This document shows positions 41,901 to 54,581 of a DNA stretch of 64,000 nt, one piece after another (the stretch's first letter is position 1; every line of letters begins with the position of its first letter). A program made the translations under genes and the position numbers. The DNA is from Bugula neritina (taxonomy: Eukaryota > Animalia > Bryozoa): the NCBI GenBank assembly GCA_964035545.1, contig OZ037768.1:2202741-2266740 (forward strand), read 5' to 3'. Below the pieces are notes generated by a model. It saw only the letters and a list, made by a program, of their open reading frames with translations. It was not told the DNA's origin and made no database searches.

Positions 41901-44900
41901 TTAGCTGCTTGCAAATATATAGAATATTGTTTGAGTATATTTGATAGTTATTCCCAACTGCAAAATATTGCCAAATGATCGTAGCAAATTGGAATACACT
42001 GAATGAGAGATAAAAAATGACAGAATTGTGTCAACCTTTGAACAAAAAACAATAACTTATTCAACTGAAACCAAAACGATTTCTTAATATAATAAAACAA
42101 AACACTATTAAAGTAACATGGCTCTTTACTACTGGAGGTACGATATATCCGACTAACCTTAAATCTCCGGTCATATTTATTCACTGTACCAGCAAACTCT
42201 ACTTTCTCCCTCCTGCCTACGAGAGCTCTTACTCCAGCATTTTCATCCAAGCCAATGTAATCCCCTACGAAGTTTCGGTTAACACTGAACCTTCTTCTTT
42301 CCTTTTTGTTGAAGAGAATATCGGTGGCCTGTTCACGGAGTTTGAAGTAGTATCTCTTAGCGTTATACTGTCGCCACGCCTTCTGTATAACTCTTGAGAA
42401 GGTGTCAAACTTCCTTTCTCTAACTTCTTCCAGTAGGAATAGCTGTGAATATAACAGAGATGTTCTCTAGTGTGAATATAACAGAGAGGTACTCTAGTGT
42501 GAAGGTATAACTACTAGGTGTAGGTATAACTACTAGGTGTACATATAACTATTAGGTTTAGATGTAACTTCTTACAGATTCTGGGTTCTTTATAAAGACT
42601 TTAGACTTTCCGAGCTGCCATTGGTCGTCATCCATATGCACAGAGTTCATGATGTGAGCAATGCCATCCGTGACCCTCCCTCTCCACTTAGGATACGTCT
42701 CTGGTGTGAGGATGGCGTATCTACAGTTGGGTGACATGAAGCAGTGTAACAACATGTATTAACTGGTTATTCAATTAGTAGTTGTCTTGGTTGACACACG
42801 TAAGGTATAGTCAAGTAATACAGTATAATCAAGTAATACAGGATAATCAAGTAATACAGGATAATCAAGTAATACTGCATAGTCAAGTAATACAGTATAG
42901 TCAAGTAATCCTGCATAGTCAAGTAATACAGTATAGTCAAGTAATCCTGCATAGTCAAGTAATACAGTATAGTCAAGTAATCCTGCATAGTCAAGTAATA
43001 CTGTATAGTAAAGTAATACAGTATAGTCAAGTAATACAGTATAGTCAAGTAATACAGTATAGTCAAGTAATACAGTATAGTCAAGTAATACAGTATAGTC
43101 AAGTAATACAGTATAGTCAAGTAATACAGTATAGTCAAGTAATACTGCATAGTCAAGTAATACTGCATAGTCAAGTAATACAGTATAATCAAGTAATGTA
43201 GTATAGTCAAGTAATACAGTATAGTCAAGTAATACAGTATAGTCAAGTAATACAGTATAGTCAAGTAATACAGTATAGTCCAGTAATACAGTATAGTCAA
43301 GTAATCCTGCATAGTCAAGTAATACAGTATAGCCAAGTAATACAGTATAGTCAAGTAATACAGTATAGTCAAGTAATACAGTATAGTCAAGTAATACAGT
43401 ATAGTCAAGTAATACTGCATAGTCAAGTACCTTGTTAGGAACTTATCAAACACTCGGCGATAAGCAAATCCAGCTCTTCTGACTCGAATATTTTCCTTCA
43501 GACCCAAATATTCTACCTGATGTTTTGTTCTGTAATAAACAAGAATATATATTATATGTACACTCTACATACTACGCATTTACCCTATATATTTAGGCCT
43601 ACTCTGTATACAGTACTAAGCTATCATCTATACAATTAATTTACCTGCTCTCCTCCCAATCTCGAGGTCGCTTAGTCTCGTTAGGTTTGATACATCTAAT
43701 ATAGTGAGGTGTGCATTTCATTAGTTTGGATACCAAATCATTGGCTTGCTTCTTAATCTTAGTTCCAAAAGTAGTGGGGCGTCCTTTGTTCATACTCGCA
43801 ACGTCTTCGGGAAATAGGTTACGAATAAACGGGCTAAAAATTATCAAAACGTTGCTGCATGAGCACATTACAAAATCTTAAATATTATGATTATATATAA
43901 AATGCATTATATTAGGTGTGGTTTATACCGCGTAGTAATACTAGTAGATGTATAACACAGCGTAGTAATACTAGTAGCTGTATAACACAAGTGTAGTAAT
44001 ACTAGTAGCTGTATAACACAAGTGTAGTAATACTAGTAGCCGTATAACACAAGTATAGTAATACTAGTAACTGTATAAGCACGGCGTAGTAATACTAGTA
44101 ACTGTATAAACACAGCGTAGTAATATTAGTAACTGTATAAGCACGGCGTAGTAATTTCCAGGACTGATCACTCACTGCTGACTACTCTGCATCAACTCTA
44201 TCAAGTCAGGGAACAGTAGATCTCTATTTCTCTCACAGAAGCCTTCTGCATTGTAGGTCACCTGACCAGCGTAATGGTGGATGACAAAACCATTGGGACT
44301 GGCCTGATAGTGCTGGTGTCTACCCACCGCAGCTCCTAGTTTCTACAACGCAGCAACATTCCGTAATATATCATACCATACCGTATATCCTCTGTTTGTG
44401 TGCGTGCGTGTGTGTGTGTGAAATGTGTTGTGTGTAATACTGAAATACCTGAAGCAATGTCTCGTCTGCCCCGTCAGTGACGGCGTGCATGGTCGCACAC
44501 ACGTCATCGAGTACGCAGATAATACCGGGTGGCTTCTTCTCATCTATCAGATCACACACCACTTTGTTGTTGAAGAAGTCAATTGACTTCCACTTCACTC
44601 CCTCCTGGACGTACTCTTCCTACAACAGTCACAGAGCATTATATACTCTTCCTACAACAGTCACAGAACATTATATACTCTTCCTACAACAGTCACAGAA
44701 CATTATATACTCTTCCTACAACAGTCACAGAATATTGTATACTCTTCCTACAACAGTCACAGAACATTGTATACTCTTCCTACAACAGTCACAGAACATT
44801 GTATACTCTTCCTACAACAGTCACAGAATATTGTATACTCTTCCTACAACAGTCACAGAACATTATATACTCTTCCTACAACAGTCACAGAACATTGTAT

Positions 44901-47900
44901 ACTCTTCCTACAACAGTCACAGAATATTGTATACTCTTCCTACAACAGTCACAGAACATTGTATACTCTTCCTACAACAGTCACAGAACATTATATACTC
45001 TTCCTACAACAGTCACAGAACATTGTATACTACTTCCAGTAAAAACACAAGACATCGTGCAAAACACGGTTGCTAAAAACTAGTCCTAGAAATGTTGCAC
45101 ATGCTACAATACAAAATATTTGTATGCAAATAAATATAAAAATTCGGTAACCAATCCACTGAACACAATTATAATATCACGGAGAACATTTGACTTATAA
45201 GCAGTTAATGTAGATAATCGAAACTATCTGAAACACAAGGTGAAAGGTCAAGGTGAAAGGTCAAGGTGAAAGGTCAAGGTGAAAGGTCAAGGACACACCT
45301 GCTCCGCCTTGAGAGTAAGCTCAATGAATATTTGCTGCAATCTCTCATTCACGTAGTTTATACAAAACTGCTCGAACCCATTCTTAGCAAATATCTCAAA
45401 CCCATAGATGTCTAAAATTCCAGTATTGATCTCTTCTCGGTCTGTACACATGGCCTTGTTTACAACCTGCGCAGGTAATACATAAATAACAAGTGTTATA
45501 ATCAAGTCTCTCATGTTAGCCAGCAAGAGGAGGTAATTCCTCCATATTTACTAGCATGGCATCAGATAGAGTGACACTGACACATCTGACACTGACACCA
45601 ACTCACCTGCACCAAGTAGTCAAAGAGTCTTGTGTAGATAGCCTTAGAGAGAGCATCCCTGGTGTAGGCTGCCTGGTCTACGTTCAGTGTCAGCTCTATC
45701 TTCTCACTCTTGTTGCCCCACTTTGTGTCCATGACACGGGAGAGCAGTTTGGTCTTCAGATAGTCCACTGAGATGCCCAGCAGGTGAGAGGGGAAAGCCA
45801 AGTCTGTGATACAATCATATAAGAGTGTGACTTTATTTTAACTATATATAGAACATAAACTATAAATAATCAGTATAATATACTATATGTACTACATATA
45901 CTATATCTACTATATCTATCACATATATCTACTATATTTATTACATATATTATATACTATATCTATTACATATACTATATACTATATCTACAATAAAAAC
46001 TCGGTACTTCGCTTGTTGAATCCTTATCATGTACTTTTGGTATTCTACAGAACAGATGAGAGATGGTGAGGAAAACAGGAGAAATGTGAATATTAATGCA
46101 TCTATCAAACTACCCTAGCAAATTTTTATGGAAAAATCGGCAAATCTCAATGAACTTGCTAAAGAGAAATTATTTTTGAGAGGAAATCTATTATCACCTA
46201 CTCTACCTTTTGCATTTTCAATAAGCTTCACTGATTTTACCTAACACAATGAAGGAAGGGAAAATGTACAAAACAAAATTAATTTCCCATTTAACTTTTA
46301 TAATATATTTGTAAGATACACTTGTCATAATTCATGTTGAATAGAATCAGTGAAAACCATATGTTCAGGTGACAGAAAATGACTTTTGGTGTTATATTAT
46401 ATATATATATTACTATATATATTATACTATATATAACATATCATCTATTACATCTTATTATATTACATCATATGATACTATATACTATAGTCTATAGAAT
46501 GACACGACACTCACATCCGTCGTCAGCTATGGCTGCGTAGTTTCCATTCTCAACAAACGAGATGTTCCCAAGATGCATGATCCCAGCGACCACACCTATA
46601 ACTGATTCTTTGTCTTCCCCCGACATACCCATGACATCCATTGCTCTCTAGACACACATTACACGCTGCATGCTTATACAAGGTTAAAGAGATCATTTGT
46701 ACATCTAATATAAAGCGAGAAGACTTTGTTATTTAAAACAGCATCTGTAAAATTGGAGTTATCACTGTCTAGAACTGAAATGTACACTAAGTAGAAGGAT
46801 GTATATGCGTTACCATGGTATCAGCAAACTCTTTCCTGTCATCTGTACCATCCACTTTATAAGTACCACTTTGGTTGAGGTAGAAGTAGTAGCTGGGCTC
46901 TGTGATCCCCAGCCCCTCTGTAACATGTACCACAGGCTACATAACACGGGCTACGAATAACGTTTTTCTAGTATCTTTTATTATTCAACAATTAACAATT
47001 TTTGTAAAGTATAGGAAATAGTGTATTGCCATATTACAAAATAATGAAATATATCTAAACGATCTAAATGAATCTAAACATTTTGCAATTTTATTCAATC
47101 CAACAAAAGTTACACATAGATAGACTTGTCCCATTGCATGTATGTCTAACAACAGCTGAATGCATTACAATCATGCTATCTACTAGCCATATCAACTGCT
47201 CACTCTGCGTAAATACAGGTTACCACAAATCCGACCAATCATGCGCACACTGAACGGTAACAGTGAATGCACTTTATAAACACAAGCATATCCATCATAG
47301 TTTGACAGAGTGAAACTTTAGTACAATTGAGACACACGTACCTTTATCGGCATCGTCAGCGCCGGCACAAATCTGGTAAAATATGTGGAAGTTTCTCTCC
47401 TGGGTATTCTGTCCCACCACTCTAGACTGCACACAGTTACATAGAAGAGGTTAGATTTGGTCTTACTAAATGTTTCAGTGAATTTTCTAGCTTGTTTCTA
47501 ATAACTTATTCAATGGAAATATATTCATGATTAAAGTTACTAAATTATTCAGTATGAAAAATCTAATATAAGCAAAACAATTCCATATAATCTCTAAGCT
47601 AATTTTGTGGAGGGGGTTGAGGTTGATTGGTTGCACAGATATACAGACTGAAAGAAACCAACGCTAATGAGAATGACTCATCCCTATTATTATTGCAGAA
47701 AAATTCATCTCATAATGACAAGCATCGTAACTATGGCAACAGGCACTGTGGTAAATACCAACACATGGACAATAACTACCAGCAAGAAAGAATAGTAGAT
47801 CTACTAGTTACAGTTACTAGTAGGTAGTAATAGTCAAGAAGAAATCGTACAGAGGTAACAAAGCACAGTTTAGGGTTCAGCCAAATTCTTATTCAAGATC

Positions 47901-50900
47901 GCTGATTCATTCAATATTACAAACATTAATAAACTATTTTTTAAAGAGCTCAGTTAAGATTTAAAGCTCTAACAGTATTTTATTACACATGGTTACTGTG
48001 AAGTACACGTATGACAATAATACATACAACAGGTAATAGTTTGGCACTGACAAAAATAATTTACTTTTTCAAGAAGGAAGTTGGATATTTTCCCTCCAAT
48101 TGGTTCCCCTCCTCTGCTGAACTGGATCTCAACGTACTTGCCCTGAAAGCAGACGAAACAGTTACATACTAGAGTAGCTGATCCACTATTTGTCCCCAAA
48201 ATCTAAGTTTTTCTGTTGCCATACTATAAAATGTTAAATAAAGGTGGATGTTCCAACAATAGCAGCAATATTTAAACAAAAGTAAGCAAAAATTTCGAAG
48301 TGAGAAAATATTACATTAGTGGAAGAGGAAATACGTTGCCCATGTCACCAGTCATTTCGACGGTAACTGAAATTCTTGCTGAAGTTTTACAAAAGAGGAT
48401 AGTTGATTGAATACACAAGATACCAGCGCATAACATTGTCAGATTCTAAAGGTAGAACTGAGGCTAATATTAGTCATACTCAACACTATAACAATTCCTA
48501 TACAACTGGGATTAATCCAAGGGTCGGAGGTCAAATTCCAAGTACTTACAAAACGGCTGGAATTATTGTTTCGCACAGTTTTAGCGTTACCAAACGCTTC
48601 CAGAAGGGGGTTGGACTCTAAAATAACTTCCTTGACCTTCTGCACGTGAGCTCCGCCTCCTGACACCTTCGCTATGTACGCCATGATGTATTTAGCGGAG
48701 ACGGTTTTACCAGCACCACTCTCCCCACTGAGCAATAACAATATAACCATTTGCCAGTGATATACTGTACCATAACAGTATGTAGTACATAACATATAGT
48801 AAGCAAGCACACTCCTATGACAGTTGTATGTGATTACTATGAAAGAAAAATTTGTACAAATTATACCAAGTATGTTACTGCTATATGCCATTTGCATTGG
48901 TAAACAACAGCACTGTTGATATTCAACTCAATCTGAACATAAGATGGTATTATAAGCACCCCCCCTCGTGGGATCAATTTTATTCAATCCATTTCCCTTT
49001 TGTTAAAGTGGCTGACCAGAACCTTACATTTTAGCTCTTTAAGACAATTACTAGGAAAATATATCAACGAAGGTCACTGAAGGTGTAACACAAGTCCTCA
49101 CGACACACAAACAGAATAGAGGAAGTGCAATATAATTGACTAATGCCGATAGTAACTACTTGCATATTACCTGATAATAACACACTGATTCTCCATATCA
49201 ATCAACATGTTTCGATACATGTTATCAGTAAGTGCATAAATATGAGGGGGGTTTTCATACGATGCCTGTAACACACACAGCAAACAAGATTAACATTGCT
49301 ATTGAATATCATATTTCCCTATTGCTAGTTCAACAATAACTAGTTCCTGATTAACATCTTTATTCAAACAAGAATAACAGTTTTTGACAATGAGTCAGAG
49401 CCTATGATTCATAGCTCTAGTTATTCAAGGTGACAACATGAAGCAGGTGATGCAATCAAAATATTTCCTAATATGGTCATTATCACATATAACCGAGAGC
49501 AGGCTGAGTAAGTATATTATTGGGGTGTTTCATTTACATCCACCAGGATAAATCTTAACATCAACAGCAACACTAAAGACCTCATTTAACTGCTTCAATT
49601 GACAATGACTAAAGTTTCCATAACTAAACAAAGCATATGCACTCATTCATACCTATCTACAGCAGCTGAACTGTGAAACAATTACCTTAACCTGAGTAGT
49701 AAAATGCTAGTTGTACTATGTACTATACAATGCAGGTTACCACAGACTATCCCTATTGTGGTGATCAGAAGCATAAACACTATTAGCAGAGATAAAGTTT
49801 TAACAGGTAATTATAGATTAAACATACAGCCCCTTGGTATATCTCCACTTCCTTCTCGGTGAAATATGGCATTTCTTTGAAGGGATTCACAGCTATCAGC
49901 ACAGGACCAATATAAGTCTATGATACACCAAGTAAAGGAAAGCAAGGAGAAAATTACTGCCAACTAATTTAAAACTTCTGTGTAAATATATATGTGCATA
50001 TTGTATATATACAACACATGTCTGTATACAAATCACTGCTAGTAAACCGTTATATCTATAACTTTACTACAATTACTGACAGCAATGTGTATAGGTCTGT
50101 ATCGGCCACACCATTAGGTTAATGACTTGAAGACAATTGATTACAACTAGGCTAAAACATCATTGTCCTGTGATATATGATCTCAAAGAAAGAACGTCCT
50201 AGAATACTGTGTCTGTGTGTTACCAGAATCACTTAGCTGATTAGAGATAGCACAGTGTCACAACACAGTGTAACAAGTACTTCAGCAATTAATGCATGAA
50301 TGAACTTGATACACGGAGGAGATATTAAGACATCTTTCTGGTTCATCACATTCTTTGAACCAGAACATTATAATTGACCATTCTGGAGCAGTTGAGTGTG
50401 ACCACCTCACCCCCTGCCTTTACTGAGATGCTCAAAAGGATACATAAATCCAGTCATCCATGAATCTTTTGCGGAGATTTTCTACTATAGAATCTTCGGA
50501 GATCTTTTGTAGGAGGGTCATGTCTTCAACCCCGCTCTGTTTGACATTGTGTGACTGCCAGTGGTGAGGCTATAACCAGAAAGTAACAAAGTGATTCCTG
50601 CTGACCTCTAACTTACACTTTGAAAGTCAGCGTAAAGTCGTGGCTAGAATGATTGAAAAGCTGCTCTGCTGGGCAGCATTTACTGACAACCAAAATCTTT
50701 TATATAAAAAATAATTATAAGTTAACTGGAACAGTTGCAATTCTAATGCTTTCATGGCACAAATTCGAATTATCAAGAGTTTTAAACAGGTAGCTGAGAA
50801 TTGATTGCAGATAACTGTATGAAGTAGCCTAACAAATTTTCAAAGTGAACTTTTTAACAAAACAGGAAATTATTGTTTAGCTAGCTACAGTCTACTTAAA

Positions 50901-51934
50901 TTGTATGTGCATATGATCTCATTTGGCATTATTTAGAGATTGATATCCAGTTTGGAAACAAACCCTCAGGATGATTTCATTATCCAGTTGGTATAGCTTT
51001 CAGTGAAATATGACATTACTTGCTTTACTTTCTAAAGCATTGATGTAAAGAATTAAATAATAAGACATATGAGTTTTATGACAACTCTTACATTCAAGTT
51101 CCATCAAGCATTGCAATATTCACAAATTTTAAAAAATTGTTTTATTATATTTTACTTGGATGACGGCAGTTTTGTTTTATGACTGAGAACATGGTGCATT
51201 TTAACTAGAGTTGCCAATATGCTTCTAGTGTGTGACTGAAATAATGCTTATTGGAGATTACAGCAATAAAGTTACTGTACTGTACCATTATAGATAAGGT
51301 TTTTTATCTAGCATGAATTTAACATTCAACTTATGAGTAGATTTTTGGCATGATACTATTTATGGAGCAAATACTTGGCCACGACATCCTAGTTGCAATC
51401 TACTCACTGATACACAGCATTAACTCTCAGGGTATAACTGTTAAACTGATGCTCGTTTATAGTGGAAGTGCTTTAAAGACGAAGTTTTACATTATAAGTT
51501 GCAGACTTCACCTCTAACCCAGCTGAAAACTAGGTTGAAGCCTTTAACAAATTTTTGCAACCTTACATAGTTTTATAATACCAGATTCCGACCAACACAA
51601 TGTTTCCTATTGTAACATATAATATACATGCAGGGAGACAAAATATCCAAAAAAGGTATTTAAATGCATTTGTAAAATCTTTCTATTTAGTAATTGACTT
51701 TGCTGATAAATTAATGAGTCTAGACTTTTAAATACTTAACAGCATGTTAAAAGTAGAAGGAAAGCTTTGATATAAAAAAGAAGCTATATTGCTTTCTGTC
51801 ATATTACGGTCTTGCTAGAGTCTGATCTACTGGCAATTGAACCAGCACCCTGAACTACTGTACCACGTTATACTATTTTAACCCAATAACATGAACCAAT
51901 GAAGAATGAAAATGGTAGATATTATACTTACCAT
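35948..51934 (-). CDS. MYO1E: Long-tailed unconventional class I myosin (MYO1E/MYO1F orthologue): motor, IQ, TH1, Pro-rich TH2, SH3
   Basis: ATG-only first coding exon (51932-51934), then [17 protein letters not shown]; P-loop GESGAGKT; [21 protein letters not shown]; LDIYGFE; [10 protein letters not shown]; TH1 VNKYDRRFK and STMQDDFF; SH3 [15 protein letters not shown]...[22 protein letters not shown]. Confidence 0.95.
37491..37760. repeat. 23-bp minisatellite GTGACTGATGTGACACAGGTCAT, about 11 copies, about 21 nt from a MYO1E acceptor
   Basis: Direct reading. Confidence 0.92.
40079..41288. repeat. 36/31-bp minisatellite, about 35 copies, overlapping a MYO1E acceptor junction
   Basis: Plus-strand unit CATGGTACTGT(ATCAT)ATGAGAATATTATATACTAA. 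Confidence 0.96.
42805..43429. repeat. 18-bp minisatellite, about 34 copies, starting at a MYO1E donor
   Basis: Plus-strand unit TAGTCAAGTAATACAGTA. Confidence 0.95.
43929..44155. repeat. About 31-bp minisatellite GTAGTAATACTAGTAGCTGTATAACACAAGT, about 7 copies (MYO1E intron)
   Basis: Direct reading. Confidence 0.88.
44612..45031. repeat. 32-bp minisatellite, about 13 copies, overlapping a MYO1E acceptor junction
   Basis: Plus-strand unit TACTCTTCCTACAACAGTCACAGAACATTRTA. Confidence 0.95.
45237..45292. repeat. 13-bp repeat AAGGTGAAAGGTC x4, 6 nt inside a MYO1E donor
   Basis: Direct reading. Confidence 0.9.
49918..50443 (-). other. U12-type (minor spliceosome) GT-AG intron in MYO1E
   Basis: 5' splice site GTATCCTTTT; branch-site-like TTCCTTTAC about 14 nt before the AG; no polypyrimidine tract; joins DDWIY|TYIGPVL in phase 0. 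Confidence 0.88.
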
Positions 51935-54581
51935 GATGAAATATAATCCTTTCTAGCTGTTATAAAAAATATGTTCAATAATCCATAGTAGTAAGAAAAT
52001 ATTTCAGTTCATATAATCTGCAAAAACAACAAATAAATACAAGTCTAACTATTATGTTTTAAATTAATAACCAAAGGGATTGGTAGTTGTAATTTACTAT
52101 AGTTACTACATATCCAACATAAAACAAAAGCAATAACTTCACTATCATCATATTCATAATATATGATTATCATTATACCAAACTTAATGTTCATGCTAAA
52201 CTTATTAGTTATTCTAGAATAACTTATACTAACAGCAACTTATTGCTATAATTATACTACCACTTTTAGTATTATGTATAATCATAATGAATATATCATG
52301 ATCATCAAAATGACAATCATTAATTATTAATGACTTAATCATTTATTATTATGACTACCACTACTACTGTCACTATGAATCATAACAATCACTAATTTGT
52401 GATAGTCGTAGTGAAATGATGACTATCACATTCTGAGTCAGAGAGAGTGTTCTGGTTCAGTTTTCACTACGATTATAAAAGTAAAACAAAATAATATTAA
52501 TAAAATTTATTTTTAAATTTATTATAATTATAATAATAATAACAAATCTAAGTATAAGAAATAAGTATAAACTTCAAATATAACTATAAATCAAAATATA
52601 AGTATAACTATTGTTTATAACTATAAGTTATAGTATAACTATAACTATAAGATTAAGTATAACTATAACTATAAGTATAAGTAAATCTAAATCAAAATGC
52701 TTATGCTTAGCCTTATGCCTTGAGCTTATTTAATAACTTCAATTACTGAATTACTATTACTTATTTAAATGTTAACAATCACTATTACTATACTAGCTGT
52801 CAAACTCCTTAAACTAGATTTCGTAATCACTATTTATCATAATGAATGCTATATCAATAAATGTCATTATATGAATTAAAATGCAAACGTTCAACATAAA
52901 TATTCTGTTGCAAACATAGGAAGTGAATAATGTTAGTAGTGACGGGTTTATTTGACACTGCTAGGTAAAATCTCTATACATGTGAGTTCTATCAGCTATA
53001 TACAATTTCGGTAAATGTTTTAGGACTACATAAGGTCAAGGGTGCACTAGCTACATTATTATCATTTAGTTTCTATTTTAGCTTGTGATTAGCCGATGCA
53101 ATATTTAGCAGCAGCTTTTTACGACGGACGTCACGTTCAAACATAGCTCAAAAAAGAGTTTCATGAATTTAAGCTACCTCATGCCTATATTCAACGCAAA
53201 CCAGCGTGATTTGTTATAGTAGTTATTATCATTATGATAATCATAATCATTAAGATTAAGTATTATTGATATTCGCCTTCTGAATTATGAGAATTAGCAT
53301 ATTGATTTAAGTTTGTTAATGGTATTTTACTGTTTGAATTGAATATTAACTGACTAATTGTGGTATCAACTGGTCATTGATACATTTTAATATTTATTTA
53401 AGTTCAAGTTGAAGTTAAAATTTACTTTTGGTTTTCCGTTTTACTTTTAGTTTTAGTTTTACTTTTAGGTGATTTGTTTTTGAGCAGCTCTCTAACAGTA
53501 ACTAATGATGCTAATAAGCATTACCAGTAACTCTAAGTCTATTATTTATTCAATTATATAATAATACTTATCTCCTACCTCTTAACTTTAAGTCTTACAG
53601 TTTATTTATAGTAATTCACTAATACTAATACTAATAGTTATTATTATAGTATAACTATAAAGTATAAGTATAATTATTTCTTATTACTTATAGTATTAGT
53701 TTAAGTTATACTTATAGTTATATAGACATAGTGATAGTAGTACTTATACTAATAGTAATAGTATTTGTCACTAATAGTAATCAGAGGTAGTTATAGTATA
53801 AGTCCTATAGACTAAGACTATTGCTGCAAGTGTAACAGTTAACACTAACTGTAAGTATTACTATTGCCTATGGCTATTGGTATTAGAATATGACACGAAG
53901 TCAAAAATAATGATCTAATCATTATAATGATCACTCAGTGATTCACTGTTACTGTTAGTGACAATAAATGAATTGTGGTAAAACGATAAAAATTTTGAGT
54001 AGATTTGCACTGCTTTGAATTTAAACTTTGAAAAATAAATTCAAAGACAAATGTTATGAGCAAAATTGAACTGAAGTTAGTACATTTTTGTAATTTTATA
54101 AAATTCATTTTTCAATAAATACCAAAATCAATATGATTAATCGTAATGCTAAGTGAAGACTTGAAAATACAGCATAACATAACATGTAGAACAAAGTCAA
54201 ATTGCTCATAAAAGTATATGTAATGACTAATTTATTTCTCTCGTTCCTAAGTTGTCAACTTGTTGGCCACTATTTACTAAAAATAATTAAGTTAAAAAAA
54301 TTAATTTTAATAATAAAAATATATAATTGCTATCTAACTTTTTAATCTGTATTTTGAGTTGTTTGGGAGTGAATAGACCTATTTTTAAGTAAGTGTTTAG
54401 AAACTACAATTACCATCCAAAATTAGCTATAATTGTGCTTAAGATTGTAAGCCCAACTTTCAATCTTAATACTATCACTTAATTTGTTAGCATTGTTATT
54501 AACTTGAATTTAAATTCTTTGAGTTTATAGTAGCAAATAGTAGTGATAATCATATATAAAATTCCATTGTAGAGACTTACT
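51935..54581. promoter_or_regulatory. Divergent (head-to-head) promoter and 5'UTR region of MYO1E and DHX37
   Basis: Start codons 2.65 kb apart on opposite strands; very AT-rich flanks with a small CpG-containing core near 53090-53210. Exact transcription starts are not determinable. Confidence 0.55.

Noticed and set aside
46704-46972. Helitron-like termini (TCTAATATAAAG... and ...TTTTTCTAGT)
   Set aside because: The ends fall in different introns around a native conserved myosin exon; no clear subterminal hairpin or second copy in the window.
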